In this document: in pieces, positions 28,682 to 36,628 of the stretch
Numbering within the stretch: position 1 is the first letter of the stretch
Layout of the letters: every line of letters begins with the position of its first letter
NCBI GenBank assembly: GCA_046050185.1
Contig: JBJOQF010000016.1
Coordinates: 1-36,628 of the forward strand
DNA: 36,628 nucleotides
Origin: Bacteroidota bacterium
GTDB lineage: Bacteria; Bacteroidota; Bacteroidia; Flavobacteriales; Flavobacteriaceae
Direction of reading: 5' to 3'
Made by a program: the position numbers and the translations under genes
Notes under the pieces: model-generated
Databases searched by the model: none
Told to the model about the DNA's origin: nothing
What the model saw: only the letters and a program-made list of their open reading frames with translations

Positions 28682-29434
28682 ATGAGTACACCTATACAAA
28701 ATAAAAAACCTATCATAGAAATCAAAAACTTACGAAAAAGCTATGGTGACAATCATGTTTTGGACGATTTTAATATGGTTTTGTATGAAGGTGAAAATCT
28801 GGTCATCATGGGAAAATCCGGTTCAGGTAAATCAGTAATGATAAAATGCTTAATTGGATTAGAAGAGCATGACAGTGGCTCAATTGTAGTGATGGAAAAA
28901 GAGATTAGTGAGCTCGACCGTGAGGAATTAGACGAGCTTCGAACAGAAGTTGGATTTCTTTTTCAAGGAAGTGCACTTTATGATTCCATGACCGTTCGGG
29001 AAAACCTGGAATTTCCGCTGAGGCGTCACAAAAAAAAATTTGGAAAAATAAAAGACACCACACCATTAGTAATGGAAGCATTGGAAAACGTAGGTTTAGC
29101 TCATACTATTAATTTAATGCCCGAAGAACTTTCGGGAGGAATGAAACGAAGGATAGCTTTGGCAAGAACTTTAATTCTCCAACCAAAAATTATTCTTTAT
29201 GATGAACCAACTACTGGATTAGATCCCATCACCGCCAAAGAGATTTTGTTGTTAATGATGTCTATCCAAAAAAAATACAACACTTCGGCAATTATCATAA
29301 CACATGATGTGGATTGCGCCAGAGTAATTTCGAACAGAATGATTTTACTGGTTGACGGTATCAATTATATCGAAGGCACATTTGAGGAATTATCAGCGGC
29401 AACTGATCCTAAAGTACAAGCTTTCTTTAAATAA
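28682..29434 (+). CDS. mlaF: MlaF-family ABC ATPase
   Basis: Walker A GKSGSGKS, FQGSALYDS, LSGGMKRR, YDEPTTGLDP, ITHD. Confidence 0.92.
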   Translation: MSTPIQNKKPIIEIKNLRKSYGDNHVLDDFNMVLYEGENLVIMGKSGSGKSVMIKCLIGLEEHDSGSIVVMEKEISELDREELDELRTEVGFLFQGSALYDSMTVRENLEFPLRRHKKKFGKIKDTTPLVMEALENVGLAHTINLMPEELSGGMKRRIALARTLILQPKIILYDEPTTGLDPITAKEILLLMMSIQKKYNTSAIIITHDVDCARVISNRMILLVDGINYIEGTFEELSAATDPKVQAFFK

Positions 29435-29442
29435 GAATAAAA

Positions 29443-30420
29443 ATGGAAAAAACGACATCACAAAAAATACGTCTTGGACTTTTTATAATAATCGGGTTAT
29501 TGCTATTTATACTGGCCGTCTATTTCATTGGCGACAAGCAAAAAATGTTTGGAAAAACGAATCATTTAGAAGCAATTTTCGATAACGTGAGTGGTTTACA
29601 ATTAGGGAATAATGTGCGTTATTCCGGAATAAATGTAGGAACAGTTCGTGCAATACAAATGATTAATGATTCTACCATAAAAGTGGATATGCTCATTGAT
29701 AAAGCCATTTTTCCCCATATTAGAAAAAATGCCATTGCCACCATAGGCTCTGATGGTTTAGTGGGAAATATGATCATAAATATTATTCCTGGAAAAGGTA
29801 TGGAAGCATCTGTAAAACCAGGAGATGAGATTCAATCCAAAAGTCGCATTCGTACAGATGAAATGCTCAACACACTTGGCATGACCAATAAAAATGCAGC
29901 ACTGCTTACGGCTGATTTACTTAAAATTACAAAAGAAATAACTGAAGGAAAAGGAACTGTGGGTTTATTAATTAAAGACTCTATTTTGGCAGGAGACCTG
30001 AAAGAAACTATGCATTATTTAAAAATCACAGGAAAAGGAACTTCGGAATCCGTAATCAAATTAAACAGACTCATTTCATCTTTAGATAATAAAGATAACG
30101 TGATAGGTGTTTTGAAAGATACGGCTGTCGCCAATAATATAAAAACAATTTTCCGAAATTTAAATCAATCGAGTTCTAAAATAGACAATGTAATAACCAA
30201 CCTTAATTCGACAATTGTAAATATAAAAGACGGAAAAGGGACTATAAATTATCTTTCGAATGACCCAAAACTAGTGCGAAAGATAGATTCTACAATGACT
30301 AATATTAATGAAGCCAGTTTCCGATTAAACGAAAATATGGAAGCTTTGAAGCACAATTTGTTATTTAGGGGTTATTTTAGAAAACAGGAAAAAGCAAAAT
30401 TAAAAGAGCCTAAAAAATAG
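29443..30420 (+). CDS. mlaD: MlaD/MCE-family protein
   Basis: N-terminal TM, SGLQLGNNVRYSGINVGTV, SDGLVG, long helical C-terminus. Confidence 0.9.
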   Translation: MEKTTSQKIRLGLFIIIGLLLFILAVYFIGDKQKMFGKTNHLEAIFDNVSGLQLGNNVRYSGINVGTVRAIQMINDSTIKVDMLIDKAIFPHIRKNAIATIGSDGLVGNMIINIIPGKGMEASVKPGDEIQSKSRIRTDEMLNTLGMTNKNAALLTADLLKITKEITEGKGTVGLLIKDSILAGDLKETMHYLKITGKGTSESVIKLNRLISSLDNKDNVIGVLKDTAVANNIKTIFRNLNQSSSKIDNVITNLNSTIVNIKDGKGTINYLSNDPKLVRKIDSTMTNINEASFRLNENMEALKHNLLFRGYFRKQEKAKLKEPKK

Positions 30421-30466
30421 AAAACTGAATCCATATCAGATAAAGAAATCACAAAAAAATAAACAC

Positions 30467-31504
30467 ATGGTTACTATCGAAAAACTTGGTATTATACTAA
30501 GTCCAACTGAAAGAGTATTTGAAAGTACAGGTGTTTTAAATCCTGGTGTTTACCAAGATGGCAATACCGTTCATTTTTTGTACAGAGCGGTGCAAAACGG
30601 GAATTTCTCAACAATTGGATATGCCAGAACAGAAGGTCCTATAAAAATAGTGGAACGACTAGAAAAGCCTATTATTATTCAAGACTTTGATTATGAAAAA
30701 CAAGGAGTTGAAGACGCCCGAATTGTAAAAATTGAAGATACATATTATATAACTTATACCGCTTATGACGGTGTAAACGCTATGGGAGCACTTGCTACTT
30801 CAAAGGATTTAATCCATTTTGAAAAACATGGAATAATTACTCCTCAAGTTAACTATAACGAATATGAAAGTTATGTAAATTGTTGCAATGCCAGTAAATT
30901 GAATCCCAAGTACCATGAATATTATAATCTTTTTGCACAAATAGGACTCGAGAGTGATGAAACTCGCTTACTGCGCGATAAAGATGTGGTTTTATTTCCA
31001 AGAAAAATAAATGGTCAATTTGTCCTTTTGCATAGAATCTGGCCAGGAATTCAAATTGTAAAGTTTAACAACTGGAATGAGTTAACGGTATCCTTTTGGG
31101 AAAATTACCTACAGAACCTGACTGATTATATTATTTTAGATCCAAAAGATGCTTACGAAACGAGTTACATTGGGGCTGGAGCACCACCAATAGAAACCCC
31201 TGATGGATGGTTGTTAATTTATCATGGAGTACACGAAACAACAAGAGGAAAAATCTATCATGCTAAGGCCGCTTTATTGCATTTAGAAAAACCTGAAATA
31301 GAAATATCCAGATTACCCTATCCGCTCTTCTCCCCCACTAAACAATGGGAAATAGAAGGCGAAGTCAACGATATTGTATTCCCAACCGGTCATGCATTAT
31401 TCGGGGATGACCTTTACATATACTACGGTGCGGCTGACAAGCATATAGCTGTTGCTAAAATGAATATTAATGAATTGCTCCTTGAATTAAGAAAACAACC
31501 TTAA
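30467..31504 (+). CDS. GH130-family glycosidase/phosphorylase
   Basis: VLNPG, LYRA, GVEDARI, TYTAYDG, DKDVVLFP, GAGAPPIET..GWLLIYHGV, VFPTG, YYGAAD. Confidence 0.87.
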   Translation: MVTIEKLGIILSPTERVFESTGVLNPGVYQDGNTVHFLYRAVQNGNFSTIGYARTEGPIKIVERLEKPIIIQDFDYEKQGVEDARIVKIEDTYYITYTAYDGVNAMGALATSKDLIHFEKHGIITPQVNYNEYESYVNCCNASKLNPKYHEYYNLFAQIGLESDETRLLRDKDVVLFPRKINGQFVLLHRIWPGIQIVKFNNWNELTVSFWENYLQNLTDYIILDPKDAYETSYIGAGAPPIETPDGWLLIYHGVHETTRGKIYHAKAALLHLEKPEIEISRLPYPLFSPTKQWEIEGEVNDIVFPTGHALFGDDLYIYYGAADKHIAVAKMNINELLLELRKQP

Positions 31505-31514
31505 AAAAAGTGCC

Positions 31515-33737
31515 ATGAAATTCGAAAAGGGAATAAAAATGTTAATTGTAAGTTCCTATCCGTCAAGAGAATGCGGAATTGCAACTTTTTCCAATGATAT
31601 TGTAAATGCGATAGAAAATGTTTTTGGTGAAACGCTTCCTGTTGAGGTTTGCGCTTTGCAAAATAGCAATCAAAACTTCTCTTACAATTCTGAAGTAACC
31701 TATATTTTACCGGTTGATTCATTAGATCATTATAGACTGATTGCTGAGAAAATAAACGAAAGAAATGATATTGGACTAGTTTGTATTCAGCATGAATTTG
31801 GCCTTTTTAGAGGAGATTATGGCGATTACATACTCTCTTTTATATTAGCGTTAAACAAACCAATTGTCACCGTTTTTCATACTGTACTCCCAAATCCGGA
31901 TGAAAAAAGAAAGAAAATAGTTCATGCAATAGCTGATTTATCTGATAAAATTATTGTGCTCACCAAAAATTCACAAGCTATTTTAACTAGAGATTATCAA
32001 TTGCCTGAGATAAAAACAATTGTAATTCCTCATGGAAACCATAGTGTATTATGGGAACAAAAAGACGAATTAAAAACCAAATATGATTTCTCTGACAAAA
32101 TAATAATGTCCACATTTGGTTTAATCAGTGAAAATAAAGGCATAGAAACCGTATTACGTGCTTTACCTGAAATTGTCAAGAAATATCCTGAAGTCCTTTA
32201 CTTAGTGATTGGAAAAACACATCCGGAAATAATTGATCGCGAAGGAGAAAAATATCGTGATAGCCTAAACAGTATTGTCCAAGAACTCCATTTAGAAAAC
32301 AATGTCATCTTTATCAATGAATACCTTCAATTGTTGCAATTACTGGAATGTTTAACTTTATCAGACATCTATTTATTTTCCTCCAAAGACCCTAATCAAA
32401 CAGTCAGCGGAACTTTTGCTTATGCCATGAGCTGCGGATGTGCTGTTATTTCTACACCAATTCCCCATGCAGCTGAAACTCTTGTAAATGGTAACGGTAT
32501 ATTATTAAATGGATTTGATAAATCAGAAGAATTCGAAAAAGCAATTCTATACCTCATCGAAAATAAAGAAGAACGAATTGCCATGGGAAAAAACGCATTC
32601 ACATTGGCGCATGCCACAACATGGGAAAATATCGCTATCCAATATCGTTTATTATTTGACCTATTGACCAATCGAGAAGAAGATTTAAGGTTTAATTTTC
32701 CCCCTATAAAATTAGACCATATTGAGAAACTCACCACTGATTTTGGAATTCTTCAATTTTCAAAATTCAGTACACCAGATCCGGAATCAGGTTATACATT
32801 AGACGATAATGCCAGAGCGTTAATCAATATGGTGCTCTATAACAAAGCTTTCCCGCACAAAAACACTTTAAAATTAGCAAATACCTACTTAAACTTTATA
32901 GAAGGCATTCAACAAGACGATGGATGGTTTGACAATTACAAAGATTTTGAAAATCAATTAACAAAACAAAACGGAGAAGTAAATCTTGAAGATGCTAACG
33001 GAAGAGCTTTATGGAGTTTAGGAACCGTTATTTCCCACAGGGAATCCTTACCCTTAGACATGATTTGCCAGGCAGTAAAATGTTGGGATAAAGCCCTAAA
33101 AAGAATTGACAACATTAAATCTCCAAGAGCAATCGCTTATGCCTTGAAGGGACTTTATTTCTATTATTCTTTTTACAAAGACGATGAGATAAAGCCTCAT
33201 ATTGAAAAACTTGCTGATGAACTTTTGCATCATTACAACATCAATTCAGCCGAAAATTGGTGCTGGTATGAAGACTATATGACCTATGCAAATAACGTTT
33301 TGCCGGAAGCTATGATGTACAGTTTTCTGGTCACAAAAAATCCTAAATACAAAAAAATTGCAGTAATCACATTTGATTTTCTCCTTTCCCATTATTTCAT
33401 GAAAGGACAACTAAAAGTAATTTCAAACAGAGGTTGGTTCAAGAAAGAAAATGAAAGGATTTTCTATGGAGAGCAGCCTATAGAAGTAGCCACTACAATT
33501 ATTGCGCTGGATTTATTTTACGAAGTGACTAAAAATAAAAAATACAAAGACCAATTAAAACTGGCCTTCATCTGGTTTTTAGGCAATAATCATCTGAAAC
33601 AAATCATGTATAATCCTGAAAACGGCGCTTCCTATGATGGATTAGAGGACAAACACATCAACATCAATCAAGGTGCGGAATCTACCTTATGTTATTTCAA
33701 AGCGAGATTAATTATGGAAAAATATTTCGAGAATTAA
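31515..33737 (+). CDS. GT4 glycosyltransferase fused to a C-terminal helical (glycosidase-like) domain
   Basis: RECGIATF, IQHEFG, TFGL..KG.E, GKTHP, SGT..YA; C-terminal GYTLDDNARAL, EDANGRALW, NQGAESTL. Confidence 0.87.
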   Translation: MKFEKGIKMLIVSSYPSRECGIATFSNDIVNAIENVFGETLPVEVCALQNSNQNFSYNSEVTYILPVDSLDHYRLIAEKINERNDIGLVCIQHEFGLFRGDYGDYILSFILALNKPIVTVFHTVLPNPDEKRKKIVHAIADLSDKIIVLTKNSQAILTRDYQLPEIKTIVIPHGNHSVLWEQKDELKTKYDFSDKIIMSTFGLISENKGIETVLRALPEIVKKYPEVLYLVIGKTHPEIIDREGEKYRDSLNSIVQELHLENNVIFINEYLQLLQLLECLTLSDIYLFSSKDPNQTVSGTFAYAMSCGCAVISTPIPHAAETLVNGNGILLNGFDKSEEFEKAILYLIENKEERIAMGKNAFTLAHATTWENIAIQYRLLFDLLTNREEDLRFNFPPIKLDHIEKLTTDFGILQFSKFSTPDPESGYTLDDNARALINMVLYNKAFPHKNTLKLANTYLNFIEGIQQDDGWFDNYKDFENQLTKQNGEVNLEDANGRALWSLGTVISHRESLPLDMICQAVKCWDKALKRIDNIKSPRAIAYALKGLYFYYSFYKDDEIKPHIEKLADELLHHYNINSAENWCWYEDYMTYANNVLPEAMMYSFLVTKNPKYKKIAVITFDFLLSHYFMKGQLKVISNRGWFKKENERIFYGEQPIEVATTIIALDLFYEVTKNKKYKDQLKLAFIWFLGNNHLKQIMYNPENGASYDGLEDKHININQGAESTLCYFKARLIMEKYFEN

Positions 33738-33774
33738 CGAATATCGTTCAGGTATTTCTATTTTTAAATTACAA

Positions 33775-33903
33775 TTTGGGCGTGCCCCTACAGATTGCTT
33801 CGTCGTTCCTCCTAGCAACTTCGGGTCGTGCTGTACGTTCCCGCTTTTTTTAGAGGCACAAAAAGCCTCTAAAAAAGAGCTCCACTACCATCACTCACGC
33901 AAA
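33775..33903 (+). ncRNA. Flavo-1-like structured intergenic RNA/repeat element
   Basis: TTTGGGCGTGCCCC..GGGTCG..CCACT.CCATC.CTCACGC layout; GCGTG (33780-33784) pairs with CACGC (33896-33900); 12-bp stem TTTTTTAGAGGC/GCCTCTAAAAAA (33846-33876). Family name is from recall, not a covariance-model search. Confidence 0.55.
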
Positions 33904-33976
33904 AAAAAGCGACAAACTACACATTAAGCCTTACAAATAAACAAATTCAACACGTATCTAATTTGTTCATTTATGC

Positions 33977-34032
33977 GAATCAAGGGTTGGAATGTGCGTT
34001 AGGCACTAAAAAAAGACTTTCAACCTTGATTC
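33977..34032. other. Long inverted repeat downstream of the cysteine desulfurase gene
   Basis: GAATCAAGG(G)TTGGAA pairs with TTTCAACCTTGATTC, enclosing a GTGC/GCAC mini-hairpin. Confidence 0.55.
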
Positions 34033-34054
34033 TCTTCATTTATAAAATGCTTTT

Positions 34055-35179
34055 TTAAATACTTTTCAATGCTGCAATAAACAAATCAATATCTTCTTTT
34101 GAGTTATAATGACTTAAAGAAATACGCAAACTTGGTTTTTTCAAATCTTCATTAGAGAGCATTTCTGCTAATACATGCGAAGGTTTTACACTTCCGCTTT
34201 GACAGGCGCTTCCGCGGGAAACTGCAATTCCTTTCATGTCTAAATGAAATAAAATCATCGCCGTTTTATCTTCTGAAAAAGGCAATAAAACATTCAATAT
34301 ATTGTAAAATCCATCAACGCTTCCATTGATTACAAAAGCTGGAAATTCAATTTCAAGTTGGGTAATTAAATAGTTTTTCAATTCAGCGATATGATTTCTT
34401 TCTGTTTCTAAATTAGAATAAGAAAGCTCCAGTGCTTTTGCCATTCCCGCAATTTGGTGCAAAGCTTCCGTTCCTGCCCGCAATCCTTTTTCCTGTTCAC
34501 CACCAAAAAACAAGGGTTGTAAACCGGAATTTTTTCGAATAAAAGCAAACCCAACACCTTTAGGACCATGAAATTTATGGGCACTGGCTACAATAAAATT
34601 AACAGGGATTGATTGTAAATCTATCGCTGTCTTCCCAATAGACTGCACGGTATCCGAATGAAACAAAGCATTATTTTCTTGACAAATAACACCTATTCTA
34701 TCTAAATCTAAAATGGTACCTGTTTCATTATTCACATGCATCAGGCTTACCAAAGTTTTCTTCTCTTGAGAAAGTAATTCAACTAAATCAGTGATATTAA
34801 TTTCACCATTTGGTTTAACAGCCACATAATCAACCTGAATACCATATTCGCTTTGCAAAGCTAAAATCGTATATAAAACGGCATGATGCTCGATTTTACT
34901 GGTAATAATACGTTTTACTTTTAAATCTTTAACGGCAGAACGAAGAATCCAATTATTGGCTTCAGTACCACAGGAAGTAAAAATTATTTCTTGTGCGGTA
35001 CCATTCAAATGTTTTGCAATTGATTTTCTGGAAAGTTCCAAAATACTTTTGGCATTACGGCCAAAACTATGTGTTGACGATGGATTCCCATAATCTTCGG
35101 TCATAACTTTGGTCATTTCTTGAATAACTTCCGGACGAATTGCCGTTGTAGAAGCGTTATCGAGGTATACTTTTTTCAT
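34055..35179 (-). CDS. iscS: Cysteine desulfurase (IscS/NifS class I)
   Basis: YLDNASTT, GNPSS, IEHHAV, MHVNNETG, PLP Lys SAHKFHGPKG, RAGTE, SRGSACQSG. Confidence 0.9.
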   Translation of the reverse strand: MKKVYLDNASTTAIRPEVIQEMTKVMTEDYGNPSSTHSFGRNAKSILELSRKSIAKHLNGTAQEIIFTSCGTEANNWILRSAVKDLKVKRIITSKIEHHAVLYTILALQSEYGIQVDYVAVKPNGEINITDLVELLSQEKKTLVSLMHVNNETGTILDLDRIGVICQENNALFHSDTVQSIGKTAIDLQSIPVNFIVASAHKFHGPKGVGFAFIRKNSGLQPLFFGGEQEKGLRAGTEALHQIAGMAKALELSYSNLETERNHIAELKNYLITQLEIEFPAFVINGSVDGFYNILNVLLPFSEDKTAMILFHLDMKGIAVSRGSACQSGSVKPSHVLAEMLSNEDLKKPSLRISLSHYNSKEDIDLFIAALKSI

Positions 35180-35197
35180 TTTTTGAAAATTATAAAA

Positions 35198-36118
35198 TTA
35201 TTTTGAAACCTCTATTTCTGATGATGTGGCTTTCCATTTTCTGGGAAAAATCAGTTTCTCATTAAAAACAACTATTGAGACCAAAATAAGAAAATAAGAA
35301 ACCAATTGTAGATTAGTTACCTGTTCATTAAAATAAAATATAGCCAATAAAAACCCAATAATGGGATTAATATAAATCATAATTCCAACTGCTGATGAAT
35401 TAATTCCTTTTAGTGCGTACAAGTTTAAAAACAAAGGAATAATCGTAAAACAAACTACGATGAAGAGCAAACAGCTGTAGAACAATGATTCTGTAGGTAA
35501 AATACCGCTATAATTTGGATAAAAAGGAATCAAAATTAAAGCTGTAAAAACCAATTGAATAGTCAAAACAAGGAATTTGTCCAATCCAGTATTTTTTCGT
35601 TGGCTCACTAAATACATCGCATAAGTTACTGCAGTAATAAGGCTATAGAAAATGTCTTTAAAATGATTTAATGATAATAAAATACAACTAAAGGCACTTA
35701 TCATTACGGCAATCCATTGCCATTTACTCAGTTTTTCTTTTAATATAAAAAAAGCCAATATTGTGGTTAAAATGGGACATATTAAGTAAGCTAACGAAGC
35801 TGCTTTTACACTTACATGATTCATCACATAAATAAAAACAAACCAGTTTGAAGATAAAAACATCCCGCCTCCAAGCGTTAACACAATAACATTTTGTTTT
35901 TGTTTTTTAGTCATACTTTTGAAATGATTCCAATTCTTTTTTAAAACTTTTCTTCGAAAGGAAAGATTAATCAATAGCATGGTAACGACACTAAAAAAAA
36001 CTCGGTAAAATAAAATGTCCAAAGACGGGTAATTATGCAGCGGTTTTAATGCTAAACTAAAAAATCCCCATACAAAAAAGGCAGAAAAAGCGGCTAAATA
36101 GTATTTGTTAAATTTCAT
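35198..36118 (-). CDS. EamA/RarD-family DMT transporter
   Basis: About 10 TM segments; FFVWGF, SNWFVFIY, ASLAYLICP, KEKLS..QW, YINP. ATG 36118 is preferred because a promoter box overlaps the ORF-track start. Confidence 0.87.
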   Translation of the reverse strand: MKFNKYYLAAFSAFFVWGFFSLALKPLHNYPSLDILFYRVFFSVVTMLLINLSFRRKVLKKNWNHFKSMTKKQKQNVIVLTLGGGMFLSSNWFVFIYVMNHVSVKAASLAYLICPILTTILAFFILKEKLSKWQWIAVMISAFSCILLSLNHFKDIFYSLITAVTYAMYLVSQRKNTGLDKFLVLTIQLVFTALILIPFYPNYSGILPTESLFYSCLLFIVVCFTIIPLFLNLYALKGINSSAVGIMIYINPIIGFLLAIFYFNEQVTNLQLVSYFLILVSIVVFNEKLIFPRKWKATSSEIEVSK

Positions 36119-36136
36119 ATTTGCTATAAATTGAAG

Positions 36137-36144
36137 CAAAGGTA
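36137..36144 (-). promoter_or_regulatory. Bacteroidota -7 promoter box for eamA-iscS
   Basis: TACCTTTG on the minus strand, 18 nt upstream of ATG 36118. Confidence 0.6.
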
Positions 36145-36313
36145 ATGATTTCTATTCGCTTTAATTTGTCGTAATCTTTCCATTTTTAATAAAGCTTGAA
36201 TAGTTATTATTAGAAATTTAAAAGCCTAATATCCTGTTAAATTCCATGTTTTTGAACAGGAATGTAATTGGAACAAATTAAAAATTCTATTTTTGTTTCA
36301 AATAGTATAAAAA

Positions 36314-36628
36314 ATGAAAAGAGTTGTAAGTTTATTAGCCTTAGTAATGTTACTAAATGGTTGTGATGACGGTAATTTAACCCAAGAAGACATTAATTTT
36401 GAAGACATTCCTACACAAAGCTGCAGTATCAATAATATCATATATAAACTAAAAGATACGGAATCATTACTTCTGGAAATCCCTGAAACATCCTTTACAA
36501 ATGAGCCCAGTACAGTTGGCGAACCAACCCTTTTAGACATTAATAGTGCCAATAGAGTTGTTTATCGATTTTATAACGGGACAGTATCAGCAACTAACAT
36601 TTGCGAAACTATTCCGCCGGCAACTCCT
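36314..36628 (+). CDS. Lipoprotein, hypothetical (truncated by the window end)
   Basis: Not in the ORF track: MKRVVSLLALVMLLNG-CDDGNLTQEDINF... is open to the window end; lipobox LNGC. Confidence 0.85.
   Translation, partial: MKRVVSLLALVMLLNGCDDGNLTQEDINFEDIPTQSCSINNIIYKLKDTESLLLEIPETSFTNEPSTVGEPTLLDINSANRVVYRFYNGTVSATNICETIPPATP

Noticed and set aside
364-36552. Numerous 60-136-aa ORFs antisense or out of frame within well-supported genes (e.g. 2145-2498, 14165-14575, 18679-19074, 28033-28416, 36298-36552)
   Set aside because: Shadow ORFs fully overlapping confident CDSs, with no motifs.
1-36628. CRISPR arrays, tRNA/rRNA genes, transposases, integrases
   Set aside because: None were recognised by eye in this window.

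Overview
AT-rich Bacteroidota window, most likely Flavobacterium, judged from TAnnTTTG promoter boxes, A-rich leaders without Shine-Dalgarno sequences and gene content. Most of it looks like an accessory region. From left to right: (i) small cassette-like genes (DUF1801, a decayed small gene, TfoX-N, a secreted NTF2-like protein); (ii) a minus-strand, all-cytoplasmic phosphorelay cluster of three histidine kinases and three stand-alone receivers; (iii) a 24-kb plus-strand stress/low-oxygen-type block. That block contains ppsA, SDR, acs, HtrA, pdhA/Zn-ribbon/pdhB/pdhC/ACP with no E3, D-LDH, site-2 protease, ClsB-like, YceI, USP, cbpAM, mlaEFD and GH130+GT4. It ends at a structured Flavo-1-like element before core-looking genes (cysteine desulfurase, EamA, a lipoprotein). 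The most notable item is a self-contained retron-like unit at about 23.39-24.90 kb: an unannotated 41-aa ORF ending in two QxxLF motifs, a promoter, a ~160-nt structured msr/msd-like RNA, a retron-type reverse transcriptase and a terminator, with no recognisable canonical effector. All calls were made by eye from motifs; no searches or folding programs were run.
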